Below are positions 1 to 11,273 of a stretch of DNA of 35,834 nt, piece by piece. The stretch is from Dicyema japonicum. Lineage: Eukaryota; Animalia; Dicyemida. Both the position numbers and the translations under genes were made by a program. The notes under the pieces are model-generated. The model worked only from the letters and a program-made list of their open reading frames with translations, was not told where the DNA came from and searched no databases. Position 1 is the stretch's first letter, and each line of letters begins with the position of its first letter. The stretch covers positions 1 to 35,834 of the forward strand of contig RDEW01000110.1 of NCBI GenBank assembly GCA_011109175.1, given 5' to 3'.

Positions 1-494
1 TAAATAGCCTTAACGGATCACTGATTTAACTTTATTGATTCGGATAAGTAAAGAGGGGTAAGAATGACACTAAACTTCCATAAGTCGAGGGGATTAATGC
101 TGACAATTAGGAAGTTTAAATGTTTTATTAGACTTTCTACTCGCCCTAAAAATGTGTGCCGGACGTTTTCACAGCGATCACAAATTAAGAAAAATAGCCG
201 AAGTTAAAAGTTCTTTAAAAGTCACTGAACTTGGATTTAATTTTGATGAACTGACGTCGAAATCATATAAATCACAATTTCTTGGACGCCAGCTCCATGC
301 ATCGATTTTTTTCCATGCAAATTTTCGACCTCTTCTAACTTGGGGACCTTCCCTCGTCATGTCTAACCTCGAATTGACCCCAGTTCTCGTTTATAGGCTA
401 TTTTACAAAATTAAAATTTTATACCTCTTCTAACTTGGAAATTCACAATTAAACACAAATATAATCCAATCAGTACAAATAACAAAATGTTACG

Positions 495-1640
495 TCACCA
501 ACGAGACTGAGAATTATTCATTTCACTGCCTGTAGTCTTAACGTGAATCTCCGGCGTAGCACCACTAAATTTGTGGCCCATTGACCAGTCATATCCTGTC
601 GCCAGAGCAGTCACATTCCCATCCCTACTAAAGCAGCAGGCTGTCAGCGGCTTGGTGTAGTCCACAGAGGTGCATACCCTGGCTCTACTCCGGATATTCC
701 AGCCATAGTAGAATCCGTCCCCTCCTGCAGTCATCAGGGTCTTGTGGATTGGGTGGAAGGCCATAGAATTCACCATGTGGGCATTCTGGGCAGTCATTCG
801 TCCATAAGTGTCCGTCTTGGTACTCTGGCGGTGACATTTAAAAATGTAGTTGTCCCCTGTGTTGTTCAAATAAAACACGTGAACTCTCCCGTCACATCCT
901 CCTACCACAAACCCATCTGGAGCCTTGTTGTAGTTCACAAAGACAGCCAAACTCCGTCCTGTATATTTCATATCAGTTATAGCCTCCAGTCGGCTAAACC
1001 GAGGTTCCCCATCAAGGGCACATACTTGAACTTTGTGGTCTGTCCTAAGGAAGAAGGCCATAGGGTAAATCTAACATAAAGAACCGCCAAAGACAAACCA
1101 AATCACCCGCGCAAAATTTTATGTCTGATGTGAGGACTTTCATTGGATTTTGACTTCTTCCGTCCCAGAACTTTACCGTATTGTCCCAACTGGAAGTCAC
1201 CAAACATTTGTAATTAGGGGCTTCCACGTAGTGAACTGTCCTCACTGGTTTATCGTGCTATGGTAACCAATGGGAACTACCTGGGCCACTTTTGTATACT
1301 GGTTACTCTGTAGGTCCCATACTTTTGCTGAGTTGTCCCCGCATGCAGTGAAGATTTGTTTGCCGTCCTAAAATAAAAATGGGGGATACTCCATTCCAAC
1401 AGGCTTGGAAAATTGGCTGAGAGTCCTTCTGTCTAGCTTTGAGAACAATGTTTCTGTTTGAGTTTACGTCATAGCAAGATATCTAAGAATGAATTAAGAC
1501 TATACTGATCCATCCCAGGAAGATACTGCAAGATATACAGACGGAGGCACGTTAGGACCAAACGTCATATGCGATATTGTGTCCTCTGGAGGATTTGGAG
1601 CAACTGTTGAGTTTCTGCTGGAGGAATTATTAAAACCCAT
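495..1640 (-). CDS. RAE1: mRNA export factor Rae1/Gle2 (WD40), 5 exons, 349 aa
   Basis: Spliced translation: MGFNNSSSRNSTVAPNPPEDTISHMTF...LAVSSWDGS|ISCYDV...CWNG|DGKQIFTACGDNSAKVWDL...VAQ|HDKPVRTVHYV...LVTSSWDNTVKFWDGR...GRVHVFY...YIFKCHR...VNSMAFHPIHKTLMTAGGDG...ATGYDWSMGH. GT-AG introns at 1483-1505 (23 nt), 1368-1389 (22), 1258-1280 (23), 1071-1098 (28). Spliced length 1050 nt is divisible by 3. Confidence 0.95.
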
Positions 1641-2279
1641 CGCGTTCCACAAGATTAAATTTTTGAATTTTTTTAAATTTAAAAATAAAATCTTCTTTTT
1701 TTATTAATAATTATTAATTTTTAATTAACAAAAAATCCGAATTATTTGTTGTAATAATAATTTGTTAGAGCAAAAAAAATTTCGCGTTTGCTCTCTATAT
1801 CGTTACAGCTTTTCTTCATTACTCTTCTCTCGAAAGAATCCGTGAGAAACAATGACCGCGATTTTCTCCGTTTTTGCTCACTGGGGATGTGAATGCTTAC
1901 GCAGAGCCAAATGATCTACAGAAGGACGCTCATATCGAGTTATTTTGTAGGCATTCAAGGGTTTACCTTTCTACAGTTGTGATACTGAAAGACCACACAA
2001 TTGGGATCCTGTGAATTTTTGGATCCTTGGATCATAGTTATTTTAACATTTTTCTTGGTGATCTTGGCGTTTTCAAATAAATTAATTAAAAATAAGATTA
2101 AAATTTAATACTGTCGATGCTAGACATCCAACAATGTTACGACTGGCGACCTCACCTTTAACTAGTTCAAACTTTGAAGTATTACAGCTATACTAGGCAT
2201 TGGAAACAAACCATAATCGAGAAGCAGTAACACTCTTAAAGTCCTAAGCAAAACTCTCTCATAATGACGGGGACTTTAC

Positions 2280-2523
2280 CCGAGCGAGAACAAGTAAGAA
2301 ACTTGGCAGAAAGCTCGAAACCCAAAAACGCAGGTCAGGCCGCAAAGGCGGACACGATTAAAATCTCTTTAATTAACTCCTTACTTTGGAATAAATTTGA
2401 TCCGAGCGAGAACAAGTAAGAAACTTGGCAGAAAGCTCGAAACCCAAAAACGCAGGTCAGGCCGCAAAGGCGGACACGATTAAAATCTCTTTAATTAACT
2501 CCTTACTTTGGAATAAATTTGAT
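2280..2523. repeat. 122-bp direct tandem duplication (2280-2401 / 2402-2523), probably assembly artefact
   Basis: The two copies read identical (ccgagcgagaac...gaataaatttgat). Confidence 0.95.
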
Positions 2524-2699
2524 TGATTTGACCTCACCTAGGTGCGATGGTTGCTTAGGCTAGCCTGACGGCTGTCTTTTTCCTTTTAATTCGTCGGTGA
2601 TTCTTGGTTTTAAATAAATAAATTTTTCCACATAGTGTCCTTCTCCACCAATCAATTATACGAAGCTACCCTAAAGTGGAACTACAATGTTTTCAAAAA

Positions 2700-4070
2700 A
2701 GATGAACTGCTTCCTAGTTGTTAGTTACGCTCGAGTGATTCAAAAATTCGTAAAGTCAGTAGTAATCACCGTGTAAATCTCTAACAATTCTTATTTATGC
2801 TACTTTCTACGCCTCTTCCATCCAATTCTACCTCTTTGAGCTGATCGGGATCCAATCTGAAGACTTGTGTATTCATCCAAGAGGTTAATTGTTCGAAAGG
2901 TAAGGTGGTGACTTACTTTTATAGCCATAAGTGTCTACTTAGTTTCATGATAGATAAATCATGTCTTTCTTCTTATCGTAGTATGTACGATGTGACAGTT
3001 TCCGGAGACATAAAAACCAGAATTCTGAACAAAGGAAGTATTAGATATACGAAGGATCTTGGTTTGACCTCATCCACCACAAAATGGAAGAGCTTGGGGG
3101 GATCATCCGTCAGATGCTGTACTTGGAATTATAGTCAATACTCTGACTAGTACGGTCTCTTGCTTAACTTAAAAGTGGAAGATCTAAGTTTCAGTTTCTA
3201 CAGGTTCCAACTAAAGACCAGTATTCTCTCCTCCTCAAGACAGATTATCTCCCTCCACGCTCCGACAAGTTTTGGATATAAAAAAATTTAGTTAGCTAAT
3301 TACCCCCTAGCTTTACTGAGTTACCAGGAGGGGTCGTTATGCTTGACTTAACTACTAAATGATCATTACCCCTTTGCATCATCCATAAAGGTTAAAGAAC
3401 CACCGGGAAATTTCATTTCCACCGTTCTATCAAGACAATCTGACTTTTACTAGTCCGTTTTATGGGAGATTAAATGTCAAGATATACTTCCCTCCCAATG
3501 TTTGTGACCTCATTTCTATTCTTTCTAAACCGTTCTTGAGTGTCTTACTAAAAATTGGTTTACTAAAAATTGGTTGGTGCCATATTACTACTTTCACATT
3601 CAACGACCCAATCCGAAGCTATTGGTGTAAGGGTATTAGATTTTTCTCTTTCAGAACTACTTTTGATATTTCGAAATTCCGACAAACTCGGATTCTTGGA
3701 CTTCTTATTCTGAGTATCTTCCTTCTTGAAAGGATTCTATGGTTTATTACCATATCTCACTCTGAGAGATTTGTTATGGTAACGCAGCTGAATATTTGAA
3801 AGACGAAGGCTTACTACTGCTTAGTGTCTGGTCTATGGAGTAATTAACTAACTAATTCCACTGAGCTCTCCTTAGAACGAAATTTAAATATGAAATCTTC
3901 ATGTCTTATATGAAGTTTAGTTATTGAGCAATATGACATAGCCTCAGTACACTTAATGTCCTCATATCCTTAAGGTAAGAATAATTCCTTGTCTCCCTTT
4001 TCCTGTTAGAGTCAGAAGACATCGAATCCGTGGACTTTAGAAAATAAAAAAACATCGGATCTACCAATCC
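2700..4070 (-). mobile_element. Decayed APE-endonuclease/RT non-LTR retrotransposon (LINE) remnant
   Basis: Collinear degenerate motifs across stops and frameshifts: VHGFDVF*L*QEKGDKELFL (APE), PSTASDG*SPKLF (RT start), GRGVESSI, VITTDFTNF (like DFSKAFD). Boundaries approximate. Confidence 0.5.
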
Positions 4071-4555
4071 GTCTGAGCCAGAGCAGTAACCACTATTCTT
4101 GTTGGTAAGGAACTAGTTATTAAATTTTGAATCCTATTTTATTTATTTATCCCCGTCCATTCAAGTGAAAAAAAACGGTAGCTAACAAGAACGTCACATT
4201 CAAGAGCGGACGCTCCCAGAGATCCGACAGGTGTATTTGGTTCTGTATAGAACTTGGAGGCGGACTCTGGCAAGAGAAGAGGTGACCCTGGTGATACAGA
4301 AGACGTTGTTGAGGAAGCTGAGACCGATTTTGGAACTTCTCTTCAGAGTAGCGAAGTTGTCTTCAGGTGGAATGAATATATGGATCCCTTTAATACCGTC
4401 CAGTCATTGGGCGTATCTTGAGTAAGGTGGATCTAGTGAAGCCTTCAGAGGGAAGGAAGAGTAATTCTAAATGAAATAGCCGCATGGCACCGAATCCTAT
4501 TTAATGAGTTTTAAAACCCTTAGCCACAAAAATTGAGTTTAAGTGAATATAAAAA

Positions 4556-5636
4556 TCAGTCAATAACAAAGTAGAAACTATCACATAGAATTTCCGACTG
4601 CAGGTTCACTCCTCCGTGGACAAAAATAGCGGGCTTTCCTTGAATAAGCAAAAGCTCTACCTTCATAAGTCGTGAAGGAAGTGCAGGCAAAGTCCATTCT
4701 CGGAGAAGGCGGTACCCCGCCGATAATTACTTCACTCCATGTGTTGCTCATCGTATTAAAGCAGTACAGGTCATTCAAGTCCCCACTGAGGCAAAATCCA
4801 CCAAAAATAAAAATCCTCGTATCCATAGCCACAGCAGAGTGACCGGATCTAGCAATTGGCACATCCCCCACAGCTTGGACTTCTTCACAAAGTCTTTTAG
4901 AGGGAGAAACTTTGGCAAACTGGCTGAAGAACTCATCTCCACTGAGTCCTCCGTGAATATATATGGATCTCGCACAGTGTATCATCACGTGGCATTGACG
5001 GGGCCTCAAAGGAAGCTGAAATGCTTCCCACTTAAGGGTTTCGGCTTTGATGCTGTACAAATTAGTGTTCTCTACTGGCTGAGAAGAGGAATCTCCCCCG
5101 CCGAATAGATACATGGAATTTTCCCCGAAGGCACACGAATGAGCCGTACGGGGAGAAGTGTCCTCTACTGGCTGAGAAGAGGAATCTCCCCCGCCGAATA
5201 GATACATGGAATTTTCCCCGAAGGCACACGAATGAGCAGTACGGGGAGAAGGGGGATTTGATTGATTAACTGTCTCCCACTTTCCAGTGTCAATGTCAAA
5301 ATATTGAAGGGAGTTGAGGTTCGAGGCTAAGTTAGCTCCACCAAAAACGAAGATCCTGGAAGGATAAAGGTCAAATCTGAAAAGCGAAAATTCATAGCGC
5401 GGAATTACGCCTGGAAAGTCTATCAAATTGAAAGTCCGGTGAGCCTCCTCAAAATTATAGCAGAGAACACGGCTTTCTGGTCCCTTCAAATCAGCTCCAG
5501 TGATGATATATATTCGGCCATTAACAAATATGGCATTGTGACCGACAAATGACATTACCTCATGGCAGTTCCGATCAAAGGGTTTCCATACAAGTGATTG
5601 CTCTTCTAGTGTATTCTTTTTGTCTAATATTGCCAT
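4556..5636 (-). CDS. RABEPK: Rab9 effector protein with kelch motifs (p40)-like, 2 exons
   Basis: Kelch repeats (PRYEFS...IFVFGGAN, SPRTAHS...MYLFGGG, PIARSGHSAV...IFIFGG). Removing a 22-nt intron at 4639-4660 gives C-terminus GKPAIFVHGGVNLQSEILCDSFYFVID*, resembling the RABEPK end. Contains an in-frame 93-bp duplication. Confidence 0.8.
5064..5249. repeat. 93-bp in-frame tandem duplication inside the kelch gene
   Basis: 5064-5156 vs 5157-5249 differ at 2 positions (AAC/GAC Asn/Asp; ACG/ACT synonymous). Confidence 0.95.
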
Positions 5637-6066
5637 GATGACATTTACTTTATTTTTTTAATTTTTATAGTAATTTAAAAATTACTTTTTAAAATTACAT
5701 TATTTGAATTTAAGATTTTCGATTTCTTTATAGTCAAGATACACCGAGTTAATAGTTGATTATTAATTAAATGTGTCCAGTTCCCACGGTTTGCGAAGCT
5801 GAGACCTTTTAATATCAAACTAGTCCNTGAGTGATTGCTCTTCTAGTGTATTCTTTTTGTCTAATATTGCCATGATGACATTTACTTTATTTATTTGATT
5901 TTTATAGTAATTTAAAAAATACATTTTAAAATTACATTATTTGAATTTAAGATTTTCGATTTCTTTGTAGTCAAGATACACCGAGAATTTAATAGTTGAC
6001 TATTAATTAAATGTATCCAGTTCCCACGGTTTGCGAAGCTGAGACCTTTTAATATCAAACTAGTCC
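5593..6066. repeat. ~235-bp duplication joined by a single n (5827); duplicates the RABEPK start and upstream region; probable allelic artefact
   Basis: Near-identical copies with scattered SNPs/indels either side of the n. Confidence 0.9.
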
Positions 6067-6068
6067 AT

Positions 6069-6278
6069 CCAGAACCAGTGAAAGATAATAAAAGTACAGC
6101 CTCTATTGGAATATGGGAGAGCAAATGATCTTTTTTCGTAGCATCCTGATACAGAAAACCAGCAAAGATAAGTTCCAGAACCAGTGAAAGATAATAAAAG
6201 TACAGCCTCTATTGGAATATGGGAGAGCAAATGATCTTTTTTCGTAGCATCCTGATACAGAAAACCAGCAAAGATAAG
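6069..6278. repeat. Tandem duplication, period 106 bp
   Basis: ccagaaccagtgaaag...aaagataag at 6069-6172 and 6175-6278. Confidence 0.95.
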
Positions 6279-6514
6279 CAGATCATATGAAAATGAAGTA
6301 GATCAAAGTAAATGAAGGATAAGAACAGAAATCTTCGAGCAAGTAGTCAGTGGAAGAATCGAATCTCTGGAGTATTGTTGACTCTATATCCCATTCAGAG
6401 ATTTCATAAGTCTAAAAATTGTAAAATTTGTTCTTTAATCAAATATACTCGTTTAAACTAACATTCCCAGTATTTTATATTGGCAAACCCAAAATGAAAT
6501 AAAATAATTAACAA

Positions 6515-9020
6515 TTATAATAAAATATCATTGTTATAGTGTGTGTTCATATGGTTTATAAATCGTCTAATTCCCCTCGGCCACATCCTCTGTGCTAATG
6601 CATTAACCACGTGTGGAGATATCCATCCATTCAGATTCACTATTACATCAACATATCACTCACCATTGCTGATAAATGACAATTCAGTATCAATCTCCTC
6701 TCTTCGACTAAATTTCCTGTCCGAAACAGTCGTCCTTGCAACCAGTTCCATATGTGCCTTCGCCCTCATCAAACCAGGAGGGTTCTAAAATTATCCATTC
6801 AGATTCACTATTACATCAACATATCACTCACCATTGCTGATAAATGACAATTCAGTATCAATCTCCTCTCTTCGACTAAATTTCCTGTCCGAAACAATCG
6901 TCCTTGCAACCAGTTCCATATGTGCCTTCGCCCTCATCAAACCAGGAGGGTTCTAAATTTATCCAAGAACGTAAAACAGGAACAGTTGGGTGATCACAGG
7001 GATGATTAATGACAGTCCACACAGAGAAACCTTCTTCTTTCACTTCAGTAATATGAGACCAGGAGACTAGGTCTCTCTGAGAAAGCGGGAAAATTCTGTG
7101 ATAGATCTGGTAGAACACATTTGTGTCCTCTCCGTATGTCTCCAAAATGTTAGTACGTTCGACAGAGTCTTCCCACAACGCCCTTTCGCTTTCGTCAAAA
7201 AAAGACCGCGCAATCTCTTGGGCAGTAAAATTCTGCCGTTTTAATAAAGGTCTCCAAAATGTTAGTCCGTTCGACAGAGTCTTCCCACAACGCCCTTTCG
7301 CTTTCGTCAAAAAAAGACCGCGCAATCTCTTGGGCAGTAAAATTCTGCCGTTTTAATAAAATCTCACCTTTACTCTTAAAATAAGCATAAATGAGTTGGT
7401 CCCCGACTCCTGCGAGATTGGAAGGCTAAACAAACTCATTCCCTTCTCAGGGGAAGTCAAAGGTACTGCATTTGCCTTGGCTAAGCTCCATCGTTCTGAA
7501 GAGCATCTTAAGAAGTCCTCAATCTATTAAATATCCAGGAATGTCAACCTCCTTCTAATAGGGACATTTATAAGGGGAGTTTAGGGGAGCAATATTCTGT
7601 ATTGAGTCTGAGGAATCCAAAAAGTCCACGGCCGAGTCCACAGCGTCAAAGAACTCACTTTCTTGGTAGGGACAGTCAGGGCTTTCCATTATAGGGAGCT
7701 GTCTCTGAGACTTGAGCTGTTTTTTTAACTGTCTAGTCTTCTGTCGTTCTTTGTCAAACTTATCCCTCCAATATCCCTCGTATTTGTCGATAATGTCAAT
7801 ACAGGTAGTCATTTGGGAGGATGTTATGGCTACGTTATCACGGTAGTTTGAAAGCTCAACATTGACTTCTTTTTGTTGGCTGAAATCTCCCGCTTCTAAT
7901 AATAGGCGGGAAAATAATTCCATTTGCCACATTATCCTCGTAAAAGATGTCCGTAATTGATTACTGTTTTCTCTCAGTATATCGTTTTCCTACAAAATAA
8001 TTATTTACATTTAAAATTGCTAATATATTAAGAAATTAAATGAAATAATAAATTTGAAAAAATAATAAAATTAATTTACAAGAAAATTTTATGAAATAAT
8101 AAATTCAAAAAAAATGCAGTCAATTCCCATTAAATGTTGCCTCACATGCAGGCACTGAGGACGGATTGAGAGTAACCCCTCATGACCGCAACCCACTTCT
8201 AGCTCCCTGCGAGACCCCTTTCAATCCTGTAATTTGCACGCAAATAATCAATTTATATTTAGTGAAATAATTTATAATGCTCAAATCAATATTAAAACAA
8301 AAAAGCGGGAAATAATAAAATTGTCATAAATTTTCTTAACAATCAAAATATCAATCACTTTTAGAATCCCCACAAGACTTATTCCCTCAACAATAATAAA
8401 GCTAACATAAAACAAAAAAGCGGGAAATAATAAAATTGTCATAAATTTTCTTAACAATCAAAATATCAATCACTTTTAGAATCCCCACAAGACTTATTCC
8501 CTCAACAATAATAAAGCTAACAACACCAATAAAGCATATAACCAAACCATAAGGGAGGTCGTGGATAGTGTCTGACTGTTTATGGAACCTGATCCCTTCC
8601 CGATGGAGACTAACTCACTCCCGTAACCAGCCTCAATCTGTTGCTAAGCAAAAATACTTACAATCGCATTTTTCAGATGCGTTATCCACGTGTTCCTTTC
8701 CTCAACAGATTTCGCTCTTAGGTACCATACGTAGTCCCTACTTTGGATGTCGAATCTGAGTTCGTCGTAATCAATCGTCTTGTATCTGACAAAAATATTA
8801 CCAGAATTTGAGCATTGCAGAGGGAGAGACACCCACGTGTTCCATACTCTGCGTTAGCCTTCGACTTGTAGTAGTTCAAAGTTCTGTTTTCTAATACGAA
8901 GAATCTCTCCTGCCAACCATAAATGAAATTCGTCCATTTAAGAAGTTCTGACTCAAAATGTTCTCCAAGGTCTTCACTTTGAGCAGAATCACCACAGCTT
9001 TCCAAAGATTCACAAGACAT
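6515..9020 (-). CDS. CERT1: Ceramide transfer protein (PH + FFAT + START); model has one in-frame TAG (7555-7557) and two local duplications
   Basis: PH: LLKWTNFIYGWQERFFVL...YYKSK...DELRFDI...VWYLRAKSVEERNTWI; GYGSE; FFAT ESEFFDAVD; START: RALWEDSVE...FYQIYHRIFPLSQRDL...VNLNGWISPHVVNALAQRMWPRGIRRF. Introns 8779-8801 (23), 8638-8661 (24), 7990-8547 (558), 7524-7548 (25), 7345-7367 (23), 6953-6977 (25), 6640-6663 (24). After removing the 112- and 168-bp duplicates the CDS is 1524 nt. Confidence 0.92.
6625..6960. repeat. 168-bp tandem duplication within CERT
   Basis: 6625-6792 vs 6793-6960, 2 mismatches seen; includes a copy of the 24-nt intron. Confidence 0.95.
7138..7360. repeat. 112-bp tandem duplication within CERT (breaks frame as assembled)
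   Basis: gtctccaaaatgttagt at 7138 and 7250, 1 mismatch seen. Confidence 0.95.
8293..8522. repeat. 115-bp tandem duplication in the long CERT intron
   Basis: taaaacaaaaaagcgggaaat...aaagctaaca at 8293 and 8408. Confidence 0.95.
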
Positions 9021-9589
9021 CTTTTCTATTTTAAATTTTAAATATTTTATTATTATTTTATTAATAATTATATAAATTTAATAATTGGTCTTTGAAATTT
9101 AATTTAATTTAAAATTCACTCTTGGTTATGAATGGCCGGAATAATAATAATGAAAGGCCGATAACCGAAAGATATGTCCATTTTCTCGTGATTCCGCAAT
9201 CCTTCTTCCATCAAGGGTGGAACGTTGATCAAAGCTAAAATCACTTGTGTGACTTGTTAGGATCACATAGTTTACTAGTTCCGGTGAAGAATTGTGGTCT
9301 TGGAATAAACTCAATCAATTTTATAGCTATTCAGCCATTAACCGCATGTTAATTTATCTGCTGATTAAACACTAAGATTATCAATTTCATGGTTATAATT
9401 ATCTTAATACGAATTTACATTCAAATTTTAATTTATACATATTTTGGGTTATCATAGTGAATCTGGCTTAATATAAATTACCATGGCAACGTATAATTTT
9501 CAATATTGACGAAATCGATAATCGAATTAATATTAATTTTCTTGAATAAATGTGAAACCTAAAATAGACGTCGGCTAGGTAGTTGCTGT

Positions 9590-9900
9590 TGTCGCTGTGA
9601 GGTCAATTCCTACTCCGCTATCTACTTGGTTGAAAGATTTTCTATGTCCTCATTGTCTACCTAACTCAGAAGACGCTCAATATTTCATCGCCATCCAAAA
9701 AAAATCTTTCCTACTTCAGAGGGGATTTCCATAATGGAAGATACTTCGACTGACAAAAGGTTGTCCCACTCTGACCGGAAGAACAGGATAAAACCTATTT
9801 CGGTTATTCACCCTATCATGCAGTTCATCAGAACGATTCCTCAGCCATGGACATTAGCTACGCTTACGAATTGTGCAATAGGAATGATATATTTGATAAT
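9590..9900 (+). mobile_element. Possible highly decayed non-LTR reverse transcriptase fragment
   Basis: STWLKDFL...LLQRGFP* (like RGVPQG) followed by DISYAYEL (like YADD); weak. Confidence 0.3.
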
Positions 9901-10279
9901 CTCCCGTTAACCCAATTTTTTAAGCAACTGTAGCAGGTTCTTTCTTTAAACAATGTCTTCACTGTCTCCAAGTAAAGACCTAAGTTTACTGGTCTTCCTC
10001 CATGGCTCATTTAATACTTATGATTAGTAGAGAAAAAAGATATCAAAACATAAGGTTACCCCAATATCTTTCGAGAGAAATCTGTAGTGATACTCTGACA
10101 TTTTGATGTAGCCAACAGCTCCATTAAAAGAAGAATTTGTAAAGTGGACGATTTTAAGGTTTGATAGAATATAATTCTACTTGTACCACGGTGGAAGATA
10201 CTGGTTACCAATCTTTTCTGTCTTCCTCTATTTGACAATAGACTTCTCAGATCATTGTTACATGAAGATTTTTTTTATA

Positions 10280-10640
10280 TCCGCAAATCTTCATTAAAAA
10301 TTTCAGGAAGTGTCTTCCGTGGACGTCCACGAAATCTTTCTCCACAAATTAGTGCCTCAACTGCTATTGTTGGACGTTCGCATTCCCATAAAGAAAACCT
10401 GAAAGTGAGTAAAGTCTGAAGATAGAGAGAATCTTTTTAAGAAAACATGGTCAAAGTGAATGGTCCAAAAATCTCGATTAGTTTGCATTTTGAGACATTG
10501 AGAGTATATCTAAAAGAGGGGACAACACAATTCTTTTCTACAAGTATATTCAATTTTCGACGGAGTGATAGATGAACAGCTAGTTTCCAATCACTAACAC
10601 GTAGGAGGTCAGCTCCATAAAAGTTCAGCTAAAAATACAG
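10280..10640 (-). mobile_element. Decayed RTE-like non-LTR 3' region
   Basis: YGADLL...KLAVHLSLRRKLNI and CGERFRGRPRKTLPEIFNEDL resemble the RTE ORF C-terminus (LLYGSETW...LRRILGI; GKRPRGRPRK). Confidence 0.45.
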
Positions 10641-11009
10641 GCGTTTCCACAAGTCTATCAGATTCATCGGTGGTATTGTTCAGGAAAAGATTTGATTGAT
10701 GGATAGTCAGTCAAGCAAGTTTGTTAACATTTAAATATATTTTTTTGGAAAAAACATTTTTTCATGAATTTTATGTCAATTTAGTGAATAAAAATACGTA
10801 TCTCGTTGGCTATTGTTAGGGGAAATAGCATGACCATTCAGATGCCTTAATTTAATTTTTATTTAATCCAAATTGGCTTTTATTAAAAAAAATTTAGTGA
10901 ATAAAATTTAAAAACATGATTTTAATAATATAACTTATTATTTTAATAAATTTTAGATTTTATTTAAAAAAACATTTTATCCACGTTGCTTCTTGTGGTG
11001 CTGGGTTTG

Positions 11010-11253
11010 TTAGATTATCTTATTTATTTGATTTTCTAAGTCTATGTTTATGCTATAGTCTGTATTTAAATTGTTAACAAATGCATAAATTCAATGATGT
11101 CTGGAATTGCCGTATGATTTGGTGATTACTTATTAGATAATCTTGTTTATTTGATTTTCTAAGTCTATGTTTATGCTATAGTATGTATTTAAATTGTTAA
11201 CAAATGCATAAATTCAATGATGTCTGGAATTGCCGTATGATTTGGTGATTACT
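11010..11253. repeat. 123-bp tandem duplication; first copy holds a truncated snoRNA (no D box)
   Basis: 11010-11130 vs 11133-11253, 3 mismatches seen. Confidence 0.9.
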
Positions 11254-11273
11254 ACCTACAATCTCTGAGAATT
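11211..11273 (+). ncRNA. Box C/D snoRNA, SNORD65/snR77-like (guides 18S 2'-O-methylation at the human U627 / yeast U578 equivalent)
   Basis: Terminal stem AATTC/GAATT, C box ATGATGT (11217-11223), guide CTGGAATTGCCG (11224-11235) complementary to 18S CGGUAAUUCCAG, D' ATGA (11237-11240), C' GTGATTA, D box CTGA (11265-11268). The +5 rule lands on the U of GCGGUAAU. Confidence 0.85.

Noticed and set aside
152-433. Short ORFs at the window start
   Set aside because: No recognisable homology or splice support.
5912-6420. Possible small gene between CERT and RABEPK
   Set aside because: No start or splice model gives a clean ORF; a plus frame (IIKVQPLLEYG) weakly resembles LINE debris instead.
7555-7557. 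Genome-wide reassignment of TAG to an amino acid
   Set aside because: Only one internal TAG in roughly 3,000 modelled codons; a reassigned codon should recur.
8139-8241. Identity of the intron island as RNase MRP/P, U1, SRP or SNORD16
   Set aside because: Only short partial resemblances; the required partner motifs (P4 strands, U1 5' end, C/D boxes) are missing.
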